Below, piece after piece: positions 1-12,382 of a DNA stretch of 64,000 nt. Both the position numbers and the translations under genes were made by a program. The notes under the pieces were generated by a model that did not search any database, had not been told where the DNA came from, and saw only the letters and a list, made by a program, of their open reading frames with translations. The stretch spans positions 434,001 through 498,000 of the forward strand of contig NC_043009.1 in assembly GCF_006345805.1 (NCBI RefSeq), read 5' to 3'. Positions within the stretch are counted from its first letter, which is position 1, and each line of letters starts with the position of its first letter. The DNA is from Octopus sinensis. Its lineage: Eukaryota.

Positions 1-639
1 AGCCTGTCCTGTAAAATACAGATCTTTCCCCGGCCGTTCATGCATCATATATGACACACATTCCCAATTTTTATATATTTATTTTTCATCAACTTGACAC
101 CTAATTTATGATAGAAGTACTTTTCCATTATTCAGGACGTATGAAACAAGGGCTAACTTAAAATTTGAAAACTAGCATGGGCCTTTGGAGCAAACTTACA
201 AAAATTCTTTCGACTGGCAAAGGCATAAATATTGGAACGAAATTCGTTTAGTGAGTGCAAACCCAGGTCCAGGCCAGGATGTTCAAAGCGTTTTCATTCT
301 CTCACATATTTTAGGGAGTGCGTTTGCACTCACTGCATCCCTTGTTCCCTCTCCTATGGAGAAAGGGTTAATCTTATTTACTGATAATTTGAGGGATGAA
401 AGGCGGAGATGACCCCTCAAGTATTTGAACTCAGAGAGTAAAAAGGCCGAATGACGCAAGAGAGTCTTATTTTTTTCCGATCCCGTGTAGCAAATGGTTA
501 TACCAGTTCGCTTGCTTTCCAAATTACTTGATCTGTTTTAGATTTTTATAACTTAGCAGGGCGATGTGTAGAACTTGACAGTCCTTCTAGACATATTAAC
601 TCTTTGTAGACATTTTGACTTGTTAGAATCTTTTATTTT

Positions 640-825
640 TCATCATCTATTTGTGTCACTCATTGGACTGCGACCACGCTGGAGCACGGCCTTGTAGGAT
701 TTAGTCGAACATATCGCATCCAGTCCTTTCTTTAAGCTGATACATATTCTGGAGGGCTTTTTTGCTGAACCGCTACATTACGGGGACCTAAACCAAACAC
801 TGTCGGTTGTCGAGTGGTGGTGGGG

Positions 826-873
<48 letters not shown>

Positions 874-1030
874 TATGACCGGTTTCGATACACTGTTTGT
901 CTACAAAATTCACTCATAAATTATCGGCCGGCCCGGGGCTATAGTAGAAGTTGACGCGCTGTGTGACTGATCCCGAAACCATGTAGTTGTGAAGCGGTCT
1001 TCTTAATCACTCAGCTTTGCCTGTGCCTCG
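640..1030 (-). mobile_element. tRNA-derived SINE, family B, degenerate (paralog at about 34225-34590)
   Basis: Diverged match to the family-B copies at 56898-57310 and 16050-16445; internal (AC)n. Confidence 0.75.
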
Positions 1031-1154
1031 ATATTTCTCGGTTGACAGTTTTGCATGGAATTTGTTTTTAGCTACAAACTGCTGAAAACACTTATTCACA
1101 ACGTTTCTTTCTGGTCTGAGTTGTTTGGCTGTTGTTATTACTTCAAAATTCTAG

Positions 1155-1459
1155 TGTTCTTTACACACCTCACGTATCCCTCAATTTTTCTTCCGTACGA
1201 CGAGGCTTACATGTACCCTGGTTGGAGAACTCCTAGACGAGTAGGAAGACGCCACGGCGAGCATGGAAGCCGCGGGCGCGAGCTCGGGTGAAGTCGCCTG
1301 TGGGTGATAATCTCGGTGGTAGTAGCAAATATTCTAACTGTATACCTTGGAGATCATTTGCAGACAATGTGTACGGAGGAACGGACCAACTCGAGAGCTT
1401 TAAATCGTTACGGACCCGAATTTTCCAAAGAAGAATTTAGTAGAATATCAATTTTCTAA
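1155..1459 (+). pseudogene. Copy-1 counterpart of candidate exon 34715-35013, frameshifted by five small insertions
   Basis: CpG-rich segment collinear with 34715-35013 but with +1, +1, +2, +1 and +1 indels. These may be sequencing errors. Confidence 0.25.
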
Positions 1460-2368
1460 TATTAGTTAGAAAGCAGTAGAATATCAGCCATCTTAGAAAA
1501 CTTTGCACTATTTCTTCTGTCCCTCCGTTCTATGCGTTCAAATTCTGTCGATGCCGTCCCAGCCATTAATCAAATCGGCGTTGCTAAATAAAATAGCTGT
1601 CATATTTCGATCGCTTTTTTCTTTCCTTTTTCTTTCTTTCTTTCTTTCTTTCTTTCTTAATTGGCTCCTTGAAGGGTCCGGAAAAACAGTATTCATGTCA
1701 CAGACTTACTTATCTATTCCTACTCAGGGGACACAACGAATAAGAAGAATGATTATTGCCTATTGATAAGTTCGTAGATGTCTTAGATTAGACAAATTTT
1801 CGAAAAGAGTGAAAATCTTCGAGTATTGGGCTTTTTTCCACCATCGGTCCGAATTCCTCAATAGACTAATAACTGGCTCTGCACACCATTACCAAATCGC
1901 CCTTGGATTTAAGATTTTATATTGTTGGGATCAATGACCAGTTGTTGTTGTTTCCCGCCAACAGGTCAACCATGAGAAACTTATCTTTAAATGTCCTCCG
2001 GCTATCATCATTCAGTCACCTTAGTTTTCAAACATTGCATATTTTACCTTTTAGCATAATAATCTCTGTTAAATTTTAGGCGCCAAGCCAACAATATTAG
2101 AGGGCGGCCTTATTCGAAAACCCCCATCAAAACAAACTCTTATTGTAATGTAGATTTGTTTGAAGCTCACACACTTGTACTTTTGTTTTAATACTCCTAT
2201 GCTTACTATGCTAGATATGTAGCACATGCTGCGAGAAGACAGTAAAGTTGGCACTAAGTAAATTGCCTTGAAGAGATTTTGCAACTCTGAGATAAAACGC
2301 ACCAAATCTTTCATGCTTACGAAAAGTAGAAAAATTATCTAATACACCTCATCCCGCTCGTCGTTATA

Positions 2369-2892
2369 TTGGGTTGTCCGGAAAGTTCGTGCCGATTTAT
2401 AGTAGCTAGCATTTCGACTTATTTTAAAACATGGTTGAGCTTAAGCTATCTTTTCGTTGAAGAAGGAGTATGTTCCTATAACCTGTATTAATTCTGTAAC
2501 CCATTAAAATGGAAGATAAGAAAGTTCATTTTCGGCACTCGATGCTTTGGGAACCAGACAGAAATTGCTGCAGCTCGGCAGGAATATATTAACCCCACTC
2601 TCCATATTCACCAGATATTGCTCCTTCGGATTTCCACTTATTCAGGTCTCTGCAGAATAGTCTTAATGGTAAAAATTTCAATTCTTTGGAAGACGTAAAA
2701 GATATCTTGATGAATTCTTTGCCATGAAACCACCTCATTTCTGGGAAGAGGGTATTTTAAAGTTAAAGGAAAGATGGAGACCCATTGTGAAACAAAACGG
2801 TTTATATTTGGTTGATTAAAAATGTAATGACAAGTATTTATTGACCTTTTTCTTTCCTCTAAAAATCGGCACGAACTTTCCGGACAACCCAA
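2369..2892 (+). mobile_element. Internally deleted Tc1/mariner element with TIRs and TA target duplication
   Basis: TIRs TTGGGTTGTCCGGAAAGTTCGTGCCGATTT / AAATCGGCACGAACTTTCCGGACAACCCAA flanked by TA. Encodes N-terminal MEDKKVHFRH and C-terminal PYSPDIAPSDFHLFRSLQ...FFAMKPPHFWEEGILKLKERW mariner motifs. Confidence 0.93.
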
Positions 2893-4590
2893 TACATATT
2901 TACTCGACAATGAACAGAACAAACGTGGCGTGCAAAGAAGTTTATTCTATTCTATTTTATTTCGTTTTGTTTATTTACTTATTTATTTATTCATTTTGTA
3001 ATATAACCGAACAATCACTTTATTCTTACTGAACCAGTCATTTCGAAAAGTTTTAATTATTTCTTTACTTTTTTGTTGTTGAAACTATTCTATTGCCATT
3101 TCCAACCATAATTGCGATTTTTCACGAGATAGGTTTAAAACTTTGCTAAAAGAGATCAGTGAAAATACTTTTTTTAAACTTGGCTTAAATTAATTCAGTG
3201 AAATGAGCTGAACAATACAATTAGCGGACATTAGCAGCTAGGACATCAGAACGATAAGACTTTTTGCCACCATATTTTTGAAAAGATATGCTGCTTTATC
3301 CCAATTAGTTTTGAAATTAATAAAGAAGGATGGTTTCAAATTTTGGCATGAGCCCAGCAATTTTAAGGGAGTTGGACAAGTCAATTAAATCGAGCTTAAT
3401 AGTCGACTGGAGCTGTTACTCAATTTATTGACCCCAAATTACTGGCCTCGCACCGAAATTAGAAACCATTAAAAATTGGAGTTTAAGGCTGCGCACTGGC
3501 GGAATCAGTAACGAATTGAACAAAATACCAAGCGGCCTTTCTTCCGGCTCTTTACGTTTTGAGTTCAAATTCCGGCGAGGGTGATTTTTACCTTTCATCC
3601 TTTCCTGGTTTATTGACCACTGACGTCGATATAATCGACTTATCCCATCCACTGAAACTGCTGGTTTTGTGCCAAAATCTAAAACCGTTATTAATCTAGT
3701 GTGCTGAGTATAACAATTAACATGGAATTTCAATGGAAGGGGTTAATTTTGATTTCTTTTAATCAAGTTTATATCGTAGAACAAGGAGTGGTGGCCTGGG
3801 GTGGCCTGGTATCAAAAAGGTTAACAAATTAAAGGGCTCAGTATTAAAAACATTAGAGTTCGAAATATTCAGCAATGAAGGCATGAATGCTTAAAAAAGT
3901 ATTAAAAAGGGAAAGTATTCAATACAGACAGCAGTGGATCCTCACCGTTTGACGACGAGGATTTGGTTGTTCTATCAACAGAATTGTTTGCCTCTTAATT
4001 AGAGAGTGAATTACTGCGTATTCCTCAGACACGAGCAACTTCCCGTAATTCTCCGCCAGAACCAGCTTCACACATCGAGCGTGACCAGGCCGTACATTTT
4101 GAATTACAGGAAACTTTTGAATTCATGCGTTTGTACATTTTCCGTCTACCCAACTTTATGAACTGGAAGGAGGCTGCCCAAAAAGACATTTGCCCAGGAT
4201 CTCAGGCAGAAGGATCAAACGCGTGGCCTCATTCAAACGCGGTCTTCATAAACAATCGGCCGTGCTTCGTCTACTTATACATATACATGTTTGCCTGAGT
4301 ATACTTGGAAGTGTACTGTGTTTTTCAACACAGTAAGTCTTTAAAGGAGGGCTTTTCCTGGACGAAATACACAAGCCCCGCCCCCACACACATACACGTG
4401 ATGTTTGGTTGCGCAATCAGCATGACGTTTCCTTAACGAGTTTCATGATTGGCTAGTTGCAATTTGACGTGAACAGCATATGCGACGGTACGTGTCGGTC
4501 GATGTTTCGTCCCACTTAAACTGTAATTATATAACTTTTAAACATGATATTAGTTATAAAGACATTTCTGTTGCATTTTCTAAATAAATA

Positions 4591-4990
4591 CACCATAACC
4601 AAACGTTCTCACTTGTTAAATAAACACTAATAAACTAAAAGCCGGAAGAATAAGGATGAGAAAGAGTTGGTAGAGAAATAATAAAAGAAAATGGAATAAG
4701 ATATACAAGGAAAAAAAGAGTGACTAAAGAGGCGACACTTTATTCCACGTTGCTCCAGTTGTAGAAACGTCTCTGGTGCCAAACTGTATCGGCCTTGGCT
4801 TTCACTTGGATAACATTAGTGGCGACTGGTATGCATGGACGGCTGCTGGCCTTCCATAAATAACCTTGCCTGGAATATATCTTATTCCATTTTCTTTCAT
4901 CATTTTCCTACCAACTCTTTCTCATCCTCATTCTTCCGACTTTTAGTTTATTAGTATTTATTTAACAAGCATGGACGTTTGGTTATGGTG
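4591..4990. repeat. Foldback/MITE-like structure: about 115-bp imperfect inverted arms around a SINE-derived spacer
   Basis: 4591-4705 (CACCATAACCAAACGT...GGAATAAGATATA) is the reverse complement of 4876-4990 (TATATCTTATTCC...ACGTTTGGTTATGGTG). Confidence 0.85.
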
Positions 4991-5029
4991 CAGAGGATTG
5001 CGGTCACCATCAGGAGAGACCATGTGTGA

Positions 5030-5315
5030 ATCCGACGGTAGTGGGCATAGATATTTAGGGATTTTGGAGCAAGATGACATTCTACACAAAGAAATGAAAG
5101 CAAGGTCAGCGAGGAGTATCAAAAAAGGGTGAAGATGGTGTTGAATCCAACCTGAATGTCAAGAATTTGATTACTGCAATGAATATCTGGGCAGTTGCGG
5201 CGATCAGATATAGTGCGTCCATCCTAAAATGGACAAAGGAGGATATATGAACACTGCATAGAAGGACGAGAAAATTCATGACGCCGCATGGGGCGCTACT
5301 CTCTAAACCAAACGT
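5030..5315 (+). mobile_element. R4/Dong-clade non-LTR fragment (post-RT region), degenerate, copy 1 only
   Basis: Translates with shifts to YRYLGILEQDDILHKEMK...NLITAMNIWAVAAIRYSASILKWTKED..LHRRTRKFMT, typical of R4/Dong. Confidence 0.7.
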
Positions 5316-6290
5316 AATACCTGTCATACCGTCTACTCAATGCCTGTCATACCGTCTATCATTTTTGTAATAGACTTTTGAGGTCCTTCAACTTTCATGA
5401 TACTTTGTTTCGTGTGGGGAGACCACAGTAGACAACAGTATTCAGGCTGAGGTCGGGCAAAAGTGGAGAAGAGAAGGATAATGGTGTGGATATCTCATGA
5501 CTGGAAAGTTATGAGAATCCAGAAACACATTCCGAAGGCCATGTCAACTTTGCTGTTTATATGAGAGGCCCAGCTTATGCTGTTGTCCACAATTACTCCC
5601 AATATTCTGATGTCGTTGGATGGCACGAGAGTTTCACCTGAAGGAAGAGAGTATGGGAGTTTCAGGGTGTCTTCTTTTCCGAAGTGGATTAATTAATATT
5701 TTGTCCTCGTTCAGCAGCATATTATTCTTTTCCGACCATTGGATGACAGCCGGTAGATCTTCTGAATGTATGTCCGGTCACCCACTTCCTTGATGACCTT
5801 CTGGATCTTGGAATTGTCTGCAAAGATTCTTATGTTGCTGTGCTTGATGATGTCAGTCATATCATTGATATAGATGATGAAAAGAAGTGGGCCCAACATA
5901 GTGCCTTCTGGGACACTGCTACTGACTTTGGCTGGGCTTGATTTTACTCCTTCGACTACATGTTGGGTTCTGTCTGTCAGGAAACACTTGATCCATTGTA
6001 GTAATCCAATGCTGAAATCAAGGTATTCAAGCACCCTCCCAAAGCTCTCAAAATGTCATCAAAGTGATGCAGGAGCTGTATTAGGCAGTTCCTTCCAATA
6101 CAGAACCCGTGTTGGTTTGGGTTCAGCAGTCTGTTGCCTTCAAGAAAGTGGGTTGTTCGTCATATCCCCACTCTCTCGAATAACTTGATAATATGAGATG
6201 AGTGCGGTCGGCCGGTAGTTCACTGCAAGGGACTTGTTTCCCTTTTTGAAAACCAGGACAACAGACTGGGTGAAAACCAGAACCGTCTAT
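5315..6290 (-). mobile_element. CR1/L2-group LINE RT fragment (paralog at 37345-38310)
   Basis: ORF 5711-6034: LQWIKCFLTDRTQHV...SSVPEGTMLGPLLFIIYINDM...IRIFADNSK (decayed VPQGS.LGP.LF and YADD motifs). Confidence 0.85.
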
Positions 6291-6376
6291 ATATGTATGT
6301 ATATGTGCTTATATACATATATGTATACATATATATATATGTGTATGTATCTATATATATGTATGTATATATATGC

Positions 6377-6432
<56 letters not shown>

Positions 6433-6477
6433 ATTTGTATATTTATCAACATATATATATATGTCATATATAATGCT

Positions 6478-6538
<61 letters not shown>

Positions 6539-6549
6539 TTATACATACA

Positions 6550-6580
<31 letters not shown>

Positions 6581-6597
6581 ATATATATATATCGGGG

Positions 6598-6632
<35 letters not shown>

Positions 6633-6651
6633 ATATATATTGAACATACAT

Positions 6652-6925
6652 AGGCGCATGGCTCGGTGGCTAGGGCGTCGAGCTTACGATCGTGAAGTTT
6701 TGTGAGTCGAACCCGGACAGTGAAAATGAGTTGCGACGTCACAGGTGCCAAGCTGTATATCGGTATTTGCCTTACCCTTTGGATGACAATGCTGGTGTTG
6801 TGAGAGGGGGAGGCTGGTGTGCATGGTGACTCTGGTCTTCCATAAACAACCTTGCCCGTACTGGAAGTAAACTTTCTAGGTGCAATCTTCACAGTAGTCA
6901 TGACCGAAAGAGGTCTCAGACACAC
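6652..6925 (+). mobile_element. tRNA-derived SINE, family E (internally deleted); fuller paralog at 38555-38887
   Basis: A-box-like GGCGCATGGCTCGGTGGCTAGG and B-box-like GAGTCGAACCC. The copy-2 version retains the CTTGAGCAAGACACTTTATTTC core. Confidence 0.75.
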
Positions 6926-6929
6926 ACAC

Positions 6930-6977
<48 letters not shown>

Positions 6978-6996
6978 TATATATATAATATATAAT

Positions 6997-7034
<38 letters not shown>

Positions 7035-8886
7035 CCACACCATATGTGTGGTGCAGTTATGTAATGCATATTATTATTGTTTCAGTGATTGGCTGTGCCA
7101 TGGCTGACTGCAACATGCAAAAGATGATGGAATGCCAAAGTCAATACGCCGAAGATGCAAGACGGCGGAGATAAAGAGACTTTGTGCAAGTAAGATAATA
7201 AATAAATAAAAAACAAAGAATTTTTTTCATTCTTCCATCGTTCTCTTCTTCTTAATACATTGTCAGGAGATTTAGTTTCGTACTCATGAGGAGCCAGGTT
7301 CGATCCACCTAAGTGGTGCCTAGGTCAAGTTTTGTTAACCTCTAAATCTAGGATTGACTTAATCCGCGTGGCGAGGACACAGCTCCAGTGTTCAGGAATT
7401 TGGAAGAACAAGTAGTTTCCCTTTAATTGCGCCCTATTCTTAGGGACTTTCTGGCCCTGAAAGGAACTACTCTACAGTTATAGATCCAGCAAGAGATTAA
7501 TCCTGTGGCCATGGCGTTGCACCAGGTCTACCTGCCAGTGAGTATTTTTGTATGGGAGTCAGCGATATAATTGGAAAAAAATACATTCATTCGAAGAGGC
7601 GAAGGTCACTCGTGTGTGTGTGTGAGTGTTTTCCTATGCTCCTCCCACCACCGCGTAACAACCACTGCTGGATTATTTATGTCCCTCTTTTCCCTTTGCG
7701 GCGGGAGGGTGGAGTTTCTCCGACATATCCGGAGGTCCCTCACCTGTAGTCGTGCTTCAGTTTTTCAATATTTCTACGTGGAACGACGTGACTTCGGAGC
7801 GTATAAAAACGCGAACTCTTCTGTTGTGAAGTAAGCAAGCTACTTACCACACAGCCATTCCTATGTAGTTAGACACGGGCTTCTTTCAGTTTCCGTCTAT
7901 CAAATCCACTCACAAGGCTTTGCTTGACCCGAAGCCATAGTTGAGGACACCTCCTGAAGATTCCACTCAGTGGGACTGAGTCTGGAACCATGTTGTTGGG
8001 AAGCAAGCTTCTTATCGCACAGCTACGCCTGCACCTATGTAAATATTCAATGTTTTCTTTCTTTCCACCATTATAGAGTAGCTTCAGACTTGATGAACTG
8101 TATGGAATCGGCCGCTAGCGGTTGCGGTGATGAAGTGGAGAAAATATTCGACCAAGTTCGTTCACAAATTGCAGAATTAGGATGTCCACAGTCATCTCGT
8201 ATGTATCACCCCACACACACACACACACATACACACACACCCACACACACAAACACACACACACACCACACACACACACACATCCTAAACTCCTTAATTG
8301 GATGCAAAACACTTTCATTAAGTTTGTCGTAAACGTCTATGTTTGTTTTCAGTTAACCTTTGCTTCATAAGTTCTGAGTTTAGTTAAACTTTGCTTTATA
8401 CGTTCTGAGTATTTCCTTTCATAAATCCAAAGCAACTTTGGAGGTTGAAACACACATTGGGAATGTGCATCAGATGATGCATGAGCGCCAGGGAAATAGT
8501 TTCCGTTTGTCCAAAGCATTTTCGTAAGTTTGTCCTAAACGGCTATGCATGTTTTCAGATTTTTAGTTAACCCCCGACAAGAAAAGCTATGGCAGAGAAC
8601 ACGGCTCTGGTATTCAAACTGATGCAAAAATTCGAATGGGCTTTTGCCATACGCAGTAGGGAGTGTAATGGTTAGAAAAGAACGGGATAATTTGCAAGTT
8701 TCGGTTTATTTAGATCTCATCGGCTGCGTATAGTTTTCCTAGCACATCCAAATATGTAAGTTTTAAAAGAAAAGTGTTAAATGCTTATTGGTAGTTATAT
8801 ATATATACTTTAATACTTTGATACTTTCATAGGTTTCGGCCATTATTGGCCCAGGCCATGTCTAACTTAATAGCACCACCTGCTGC

Positions 8887-8931
<45 letters not shown>

Positions 8932-9102
8932 ATTTATGTATACGTACATACATATATATACATTTGTATATATAATATATATACATATATATGTATATGT
9001 ATGTATATGTATATATACGTAAATACATACATACATATATATATATATGTATATATGTACATACATACAGACACATATATGCATAAATATATATATATGT
9101 AT

Positions 9103-9197
<95 letters not shown>

Positions 9198-9639
9198 AGT
9201 GTATGTATGTATGCATATATCTACATATGTGGGCAATTCTGTCTTTGGGTGTGTTGTTAGCTAACTCCTACATCGTTTTCTCACTGAAAACAATGGTTTT
9301 TCTGGGAATGACAGCAGTTACATTTACCAGATGCCTTTGCTAAGCAGAATAATGTATTTTCCAGGGGCTAGAATGGAGATAAGAGACCTCCAACGAAAAT
9401 ACAATGTTCGTGACATACTTAGATTGTTGAAAAAAATCAATAATAGGGCCCCTGGAAGGGATCCTTATATTTACTAATATAACTAATATTTTATTTAAAC
9501 ACCCAAGGGAAATAACCCAGAGCACCTGCATTTACATCAGTTTTTAGCGAAGCGATCAATATTTGATTCTCACGATCAGCTGACCTAATTCTGCATTTCA
9601 CTTCTCACACTTTTGAACTGCTAACCCTTATTATTGCAC

Positions 9640-10030
9640 TTTCTTGATTTCAATCTTAAACCTTAAAGATTCAGATCAACAAAGTATAGGGTCAGACATT
9701 GGAAGTGGTAGGCCTTAATCTTGCAGAACCTAATTTTTCTCACGGACAGCTCTATGTCGGATGCTCTAGAGTTGGAAATCGGGAAGTTTTATTGATCTCT
9801 ACGCCCAACGGCAAAACCAAAAGCATTGTCTATCACCAAGCCCTGCAAGACGGATATTTTGTAACAAAGATGCCTCTCCCTCCGACAACCTCTCTCTCCA
9901 ACCTCGAACAAACTCTCTCGACAACCCCTGACAATCTCTCTCGCCAATCTCCGACAACTTCTCTGGCCAACCTCCGACAATCTTTCTCGGCAACCTCGAA
10001 AACCTCTCTCACCAACCTTCGACAATCTCT
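9640..10030 (+). mobile_element. Helitron PIF1-like helicase C-terminal fragment plus about 23-bp minisatellite
   Basis: INKV*GQTLEVVGLNLAEPNFSHGQLYVGCSRVGN...NGKTKSIVYHQAL matches helicase motif V/VI of Helitrons. It is followed by ACAAYCTCTCTCGCCAACCTCCG-like repeats. Confidence 0.85.
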
Positions 10031-10032
10031 CC

Positions 10033-10057
10033 TAATAATAATAATAATAATGATAAA

Positions 10058-10090
<33 letters not shown>

Positions 10091-10296
10091 TAATAATAAT
10101 AATAATAATATAATAATATAATAAATAATAATAATAATAATAATAATATAATAATAATATAATAATAATGATGAATGATGATGATAATATGATAATGATA
10201 ATGAAATGATAATGAAATAATAATATAATAATAATAATAATAATAATATAATAATGATGATGATGAGGATGATGATGATGATAATGATAATGAATG

Positions 10297-10330
<34 letters not shown>

Positions 10331-10369
10331 TATAATAATAATAATAATAATAATATAATATAATAATAA

Positions 10370-10435
<66 letters not shown>
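10033..10435. repeat. Compound (AAT)n/(ATG)n microsatellite. Representative of dozens of (AT)n, (AC)n, (AG)n, (AAT)n, (GTA)n, (AGAT)n, (CATA)n and (CTT)n tracts across the window
   Basis: Directly visible simple repeats. Confidence 0.98.
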
Positions 10436-10437
<2 letters not shown>

Positions 10438-10478
10438 CAACCATATGATAATAACATTGTATTTCTCTATATTTTCAG

Positions 10479-10561
10479 ACGTACCCAAACTGTATGCTCA
10501 TAGCAGTGTCATCTCTGGTGCTTTCATTGCAGCAGTCGCCTTCAAGAAGTTACTTCTTTAA
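10479..10561 (+). CDS. Candidate terminal coding exon, copy 1: (x)VPKLYAHSSVISGAFIAAVAFKKLLL*, GPI-signal-like
   Basis: Acceptor GTATTTCTCTATATTTTCAG, phase-1 start, hydrophobic C-terminus, AATAAA at 10722. Retained in both duplicates. Confidence 0.45.
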
Positions 10562-11199
10562 AATTTTTATTATGATATTCATAAAATTGATAAATATATG
10601 TTGATTTAAAAGTTGTAAACTTGCTTTCTAAATGAATGTACGAGTTCAAAGAGTACAAATTCTTGTTGTCTTAATTGTATATTGATATGCAAATTATAAT
10701 TTGAGCTGCCCTAAACTTTGAAATAAAGTAAAATTTATTACAATAATACTTAGTTTCGTTTCATTAGGTTCCGTGGATCTCAATGTTTTACGACATAAAG
10801 ACAGGGAGACATACATATAAATACATGCTTACATGCACTAATCTTGAGAAATCATGGTTCTGAAAATCAGAAAGGAGAAACCTAATTAGAAGACTACAGT
10901 TATATGCCATCAATGGAACTGTCAAATGATGTAAAATTCCCAAAGTACATATGCACATATCTAAACACGCGAATATACGTATGAGCATACATTCAGAAAA
11001 CAAACCACACGCCTTTACGTGAATTCACTTCAAATATTTGCACATATTCACGCATACATGCAAAAACTATATTCTCGGTATTGTTGAAATTCTAAAGAAG
11101 CCTTTTATCTTGAGTAGAAATTGGGTCTTTCTACATTGGCAAGAAATATAGACATAAAACTAAATAATAACATACATACATATATACATATGCAAAACA

Positions 11200-11960
11200 C
11201 AGTAGAACTGGCACGAAGCGCAGCCTCTCTTGGATACAAGACCACTACATCACATCACACTTTGAAGGTTATGTGTTTGCAATCCAGGAACAGGAGATTG
11301 CCACAAAGTACCTGCTGGACAAGAGGGATAGTGATGCTCTTGTAATCTCATGGTGCAACCGTATGTGTAGGCTATGTCATGTTTCTGTGGAAGACATTAC
11401 CCATGTAATTAGCAGCTGTCCTAAAATGTTGTCACGGTACTACCTCCCTATGCGGCACGATGTTCTTGCTAAAGTAATTTACAATGCCATTCGCAAAAAA
11501 ACTGTTCTGAAATAAACTTAGAAAATCCCTTTGTTATGCAATACATTCATAAACACCAAGTCAAGGATTACTGGTGGAATATTCCCGTCAAAACTTCTGT
11601 CAAATGTAAATACAACAGGCCAGATATTGTTGTTTGGGACAGAGGGGCAAAGGTATGTAAGATCATGGAGGTCAGCTGCCCTGCAGATATAAATATCACT
11701 TTGAAAATCAAAGAAATAGAAGATAGATACCGTCAACTGCTTCGAAACTTCCAGCTTCTATATCCTGACAATGAATTTATATTTATGCCAATAATAAATG
11801 GAGCACAGGGTTTTGTTAATAAATGCTTAAAGGAGAATCTGGATAAACTGGGGTTTTCAGAAAGAGAAATTGACCGCCTCATTCGTACATTACAAGTGCA
11901 ATTTGTGAGTGGAACATTAAAAATATGCAAGACTTTTCTCAAGTTCCAAATGTGAATTTG
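11200..11960 (+). mobile_element. R4/Dong-clade non-LTR 3' fragment (CCHC knuckle plus restriction-like endonuclease)
   Basis: CRLCHVSVEDITHVISSC, RHD, NRPDIVVWD...EVSCP motifs; ends SGTLKICKTFLKFQM*. Confidence 0.9.
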
Positions 11961-12089
11961 TCTGTGTAAACTACATCTCAAAGATAGAGCCTTCTATCTT
12001 TGCTGAAAACCGGCTCCCTCCTCAGCGGAAGATTTATAATAATAATAAAAATAGAAGAGATACATACATACATACAAGCATACATACTG

Positions 12090-12370
12090 ACACGCTATTG
12101 GTTATTGAAACAGCCTGATCGTGAAATTAACGTACAAGCGGCTGAGCACTCTGTTGACATGTGTTCCATTAACGTAGATTTAAAGGGAGATTTAATATGA
12201 CACAGAGTGTGACAAGGTTGGCCCTTTGAAATACAGGTACTACTTATTTTTGCAAGCGGAGTGGACTGGAGCAACGTGAAAAAGTGTCTTGTTCAAGGAC
12301 AAGACGCGCTGCTTGGAATCGAACTCACGATCATGAGCTGAATACCTCAACGACTAACCCACACGCTTCA
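12090..12370 (-). mobile_element. tRNA-derived SINE, family F, degenerate
   Basis: Reverse-complement match to 56370-56670. Confidence 0.65.
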
Positions 12371-12382
12371 CACATGCATACA

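Larger units (their letters stand above)
1..7303. repeat. Segmental duplication copy 1, block A (pairs with 33581-39268); continues off the window start
   Basis: AGCCTGTCCTGTAAAATACAGATCTTTCCC occurs at 1 and 33581. The copies are collinear as far as ...GAGGAGCCAGGTTCGA (7303/39268), with copy-specific blocks (about 2340-3085 and 4270-5310 only in copy 1). Confidence 0.97.
9620..10707. repeat. Segmental duplication copy 1, block B (Helitron fragment plus terminal exon; pairs with 39485-41499)
   Basis: 9620-10030 matches 39485-39905, and 10430-10707 matches 41222-41499. Confidence 0.93.

Noticed and set aside
250-333. 13-bp inverted repeat AGTGAGTGCAAAC/GTTTGCACTCACT (both copies)
   Set aside because: Too short for a pre-miRNA or MITE call; no TSD.
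207-360. Minus-strand exon-like segment (CCCTTTCTCCATAG...TTT|GTAAGT; paralog about 33777-33928) and a possible minus-strand chain with donors near 1207/34767 and 33286
   Set aside because: Splice signals look good, but the length is 154 vs 152 nt in the two copies, upstream phase does not join, and it overlaps the better-supported plus-strand signal exon. Not excluded; needs RNA-seq.
2069-2314. 81-aa minus ORF shared by both copies
   Set aside because: No recognisable motif; its retention is explained by recent duplication; the C-termini differ.
3930-4290. Long plus frame DSSGSSPFDDEDL...PEPASHIERDQAVHFELQETF
   Set aside because: In-frame TAA in both copies, and the 3' half is a decayed SINE. 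Kept only as a possible internal exon of the gene model.
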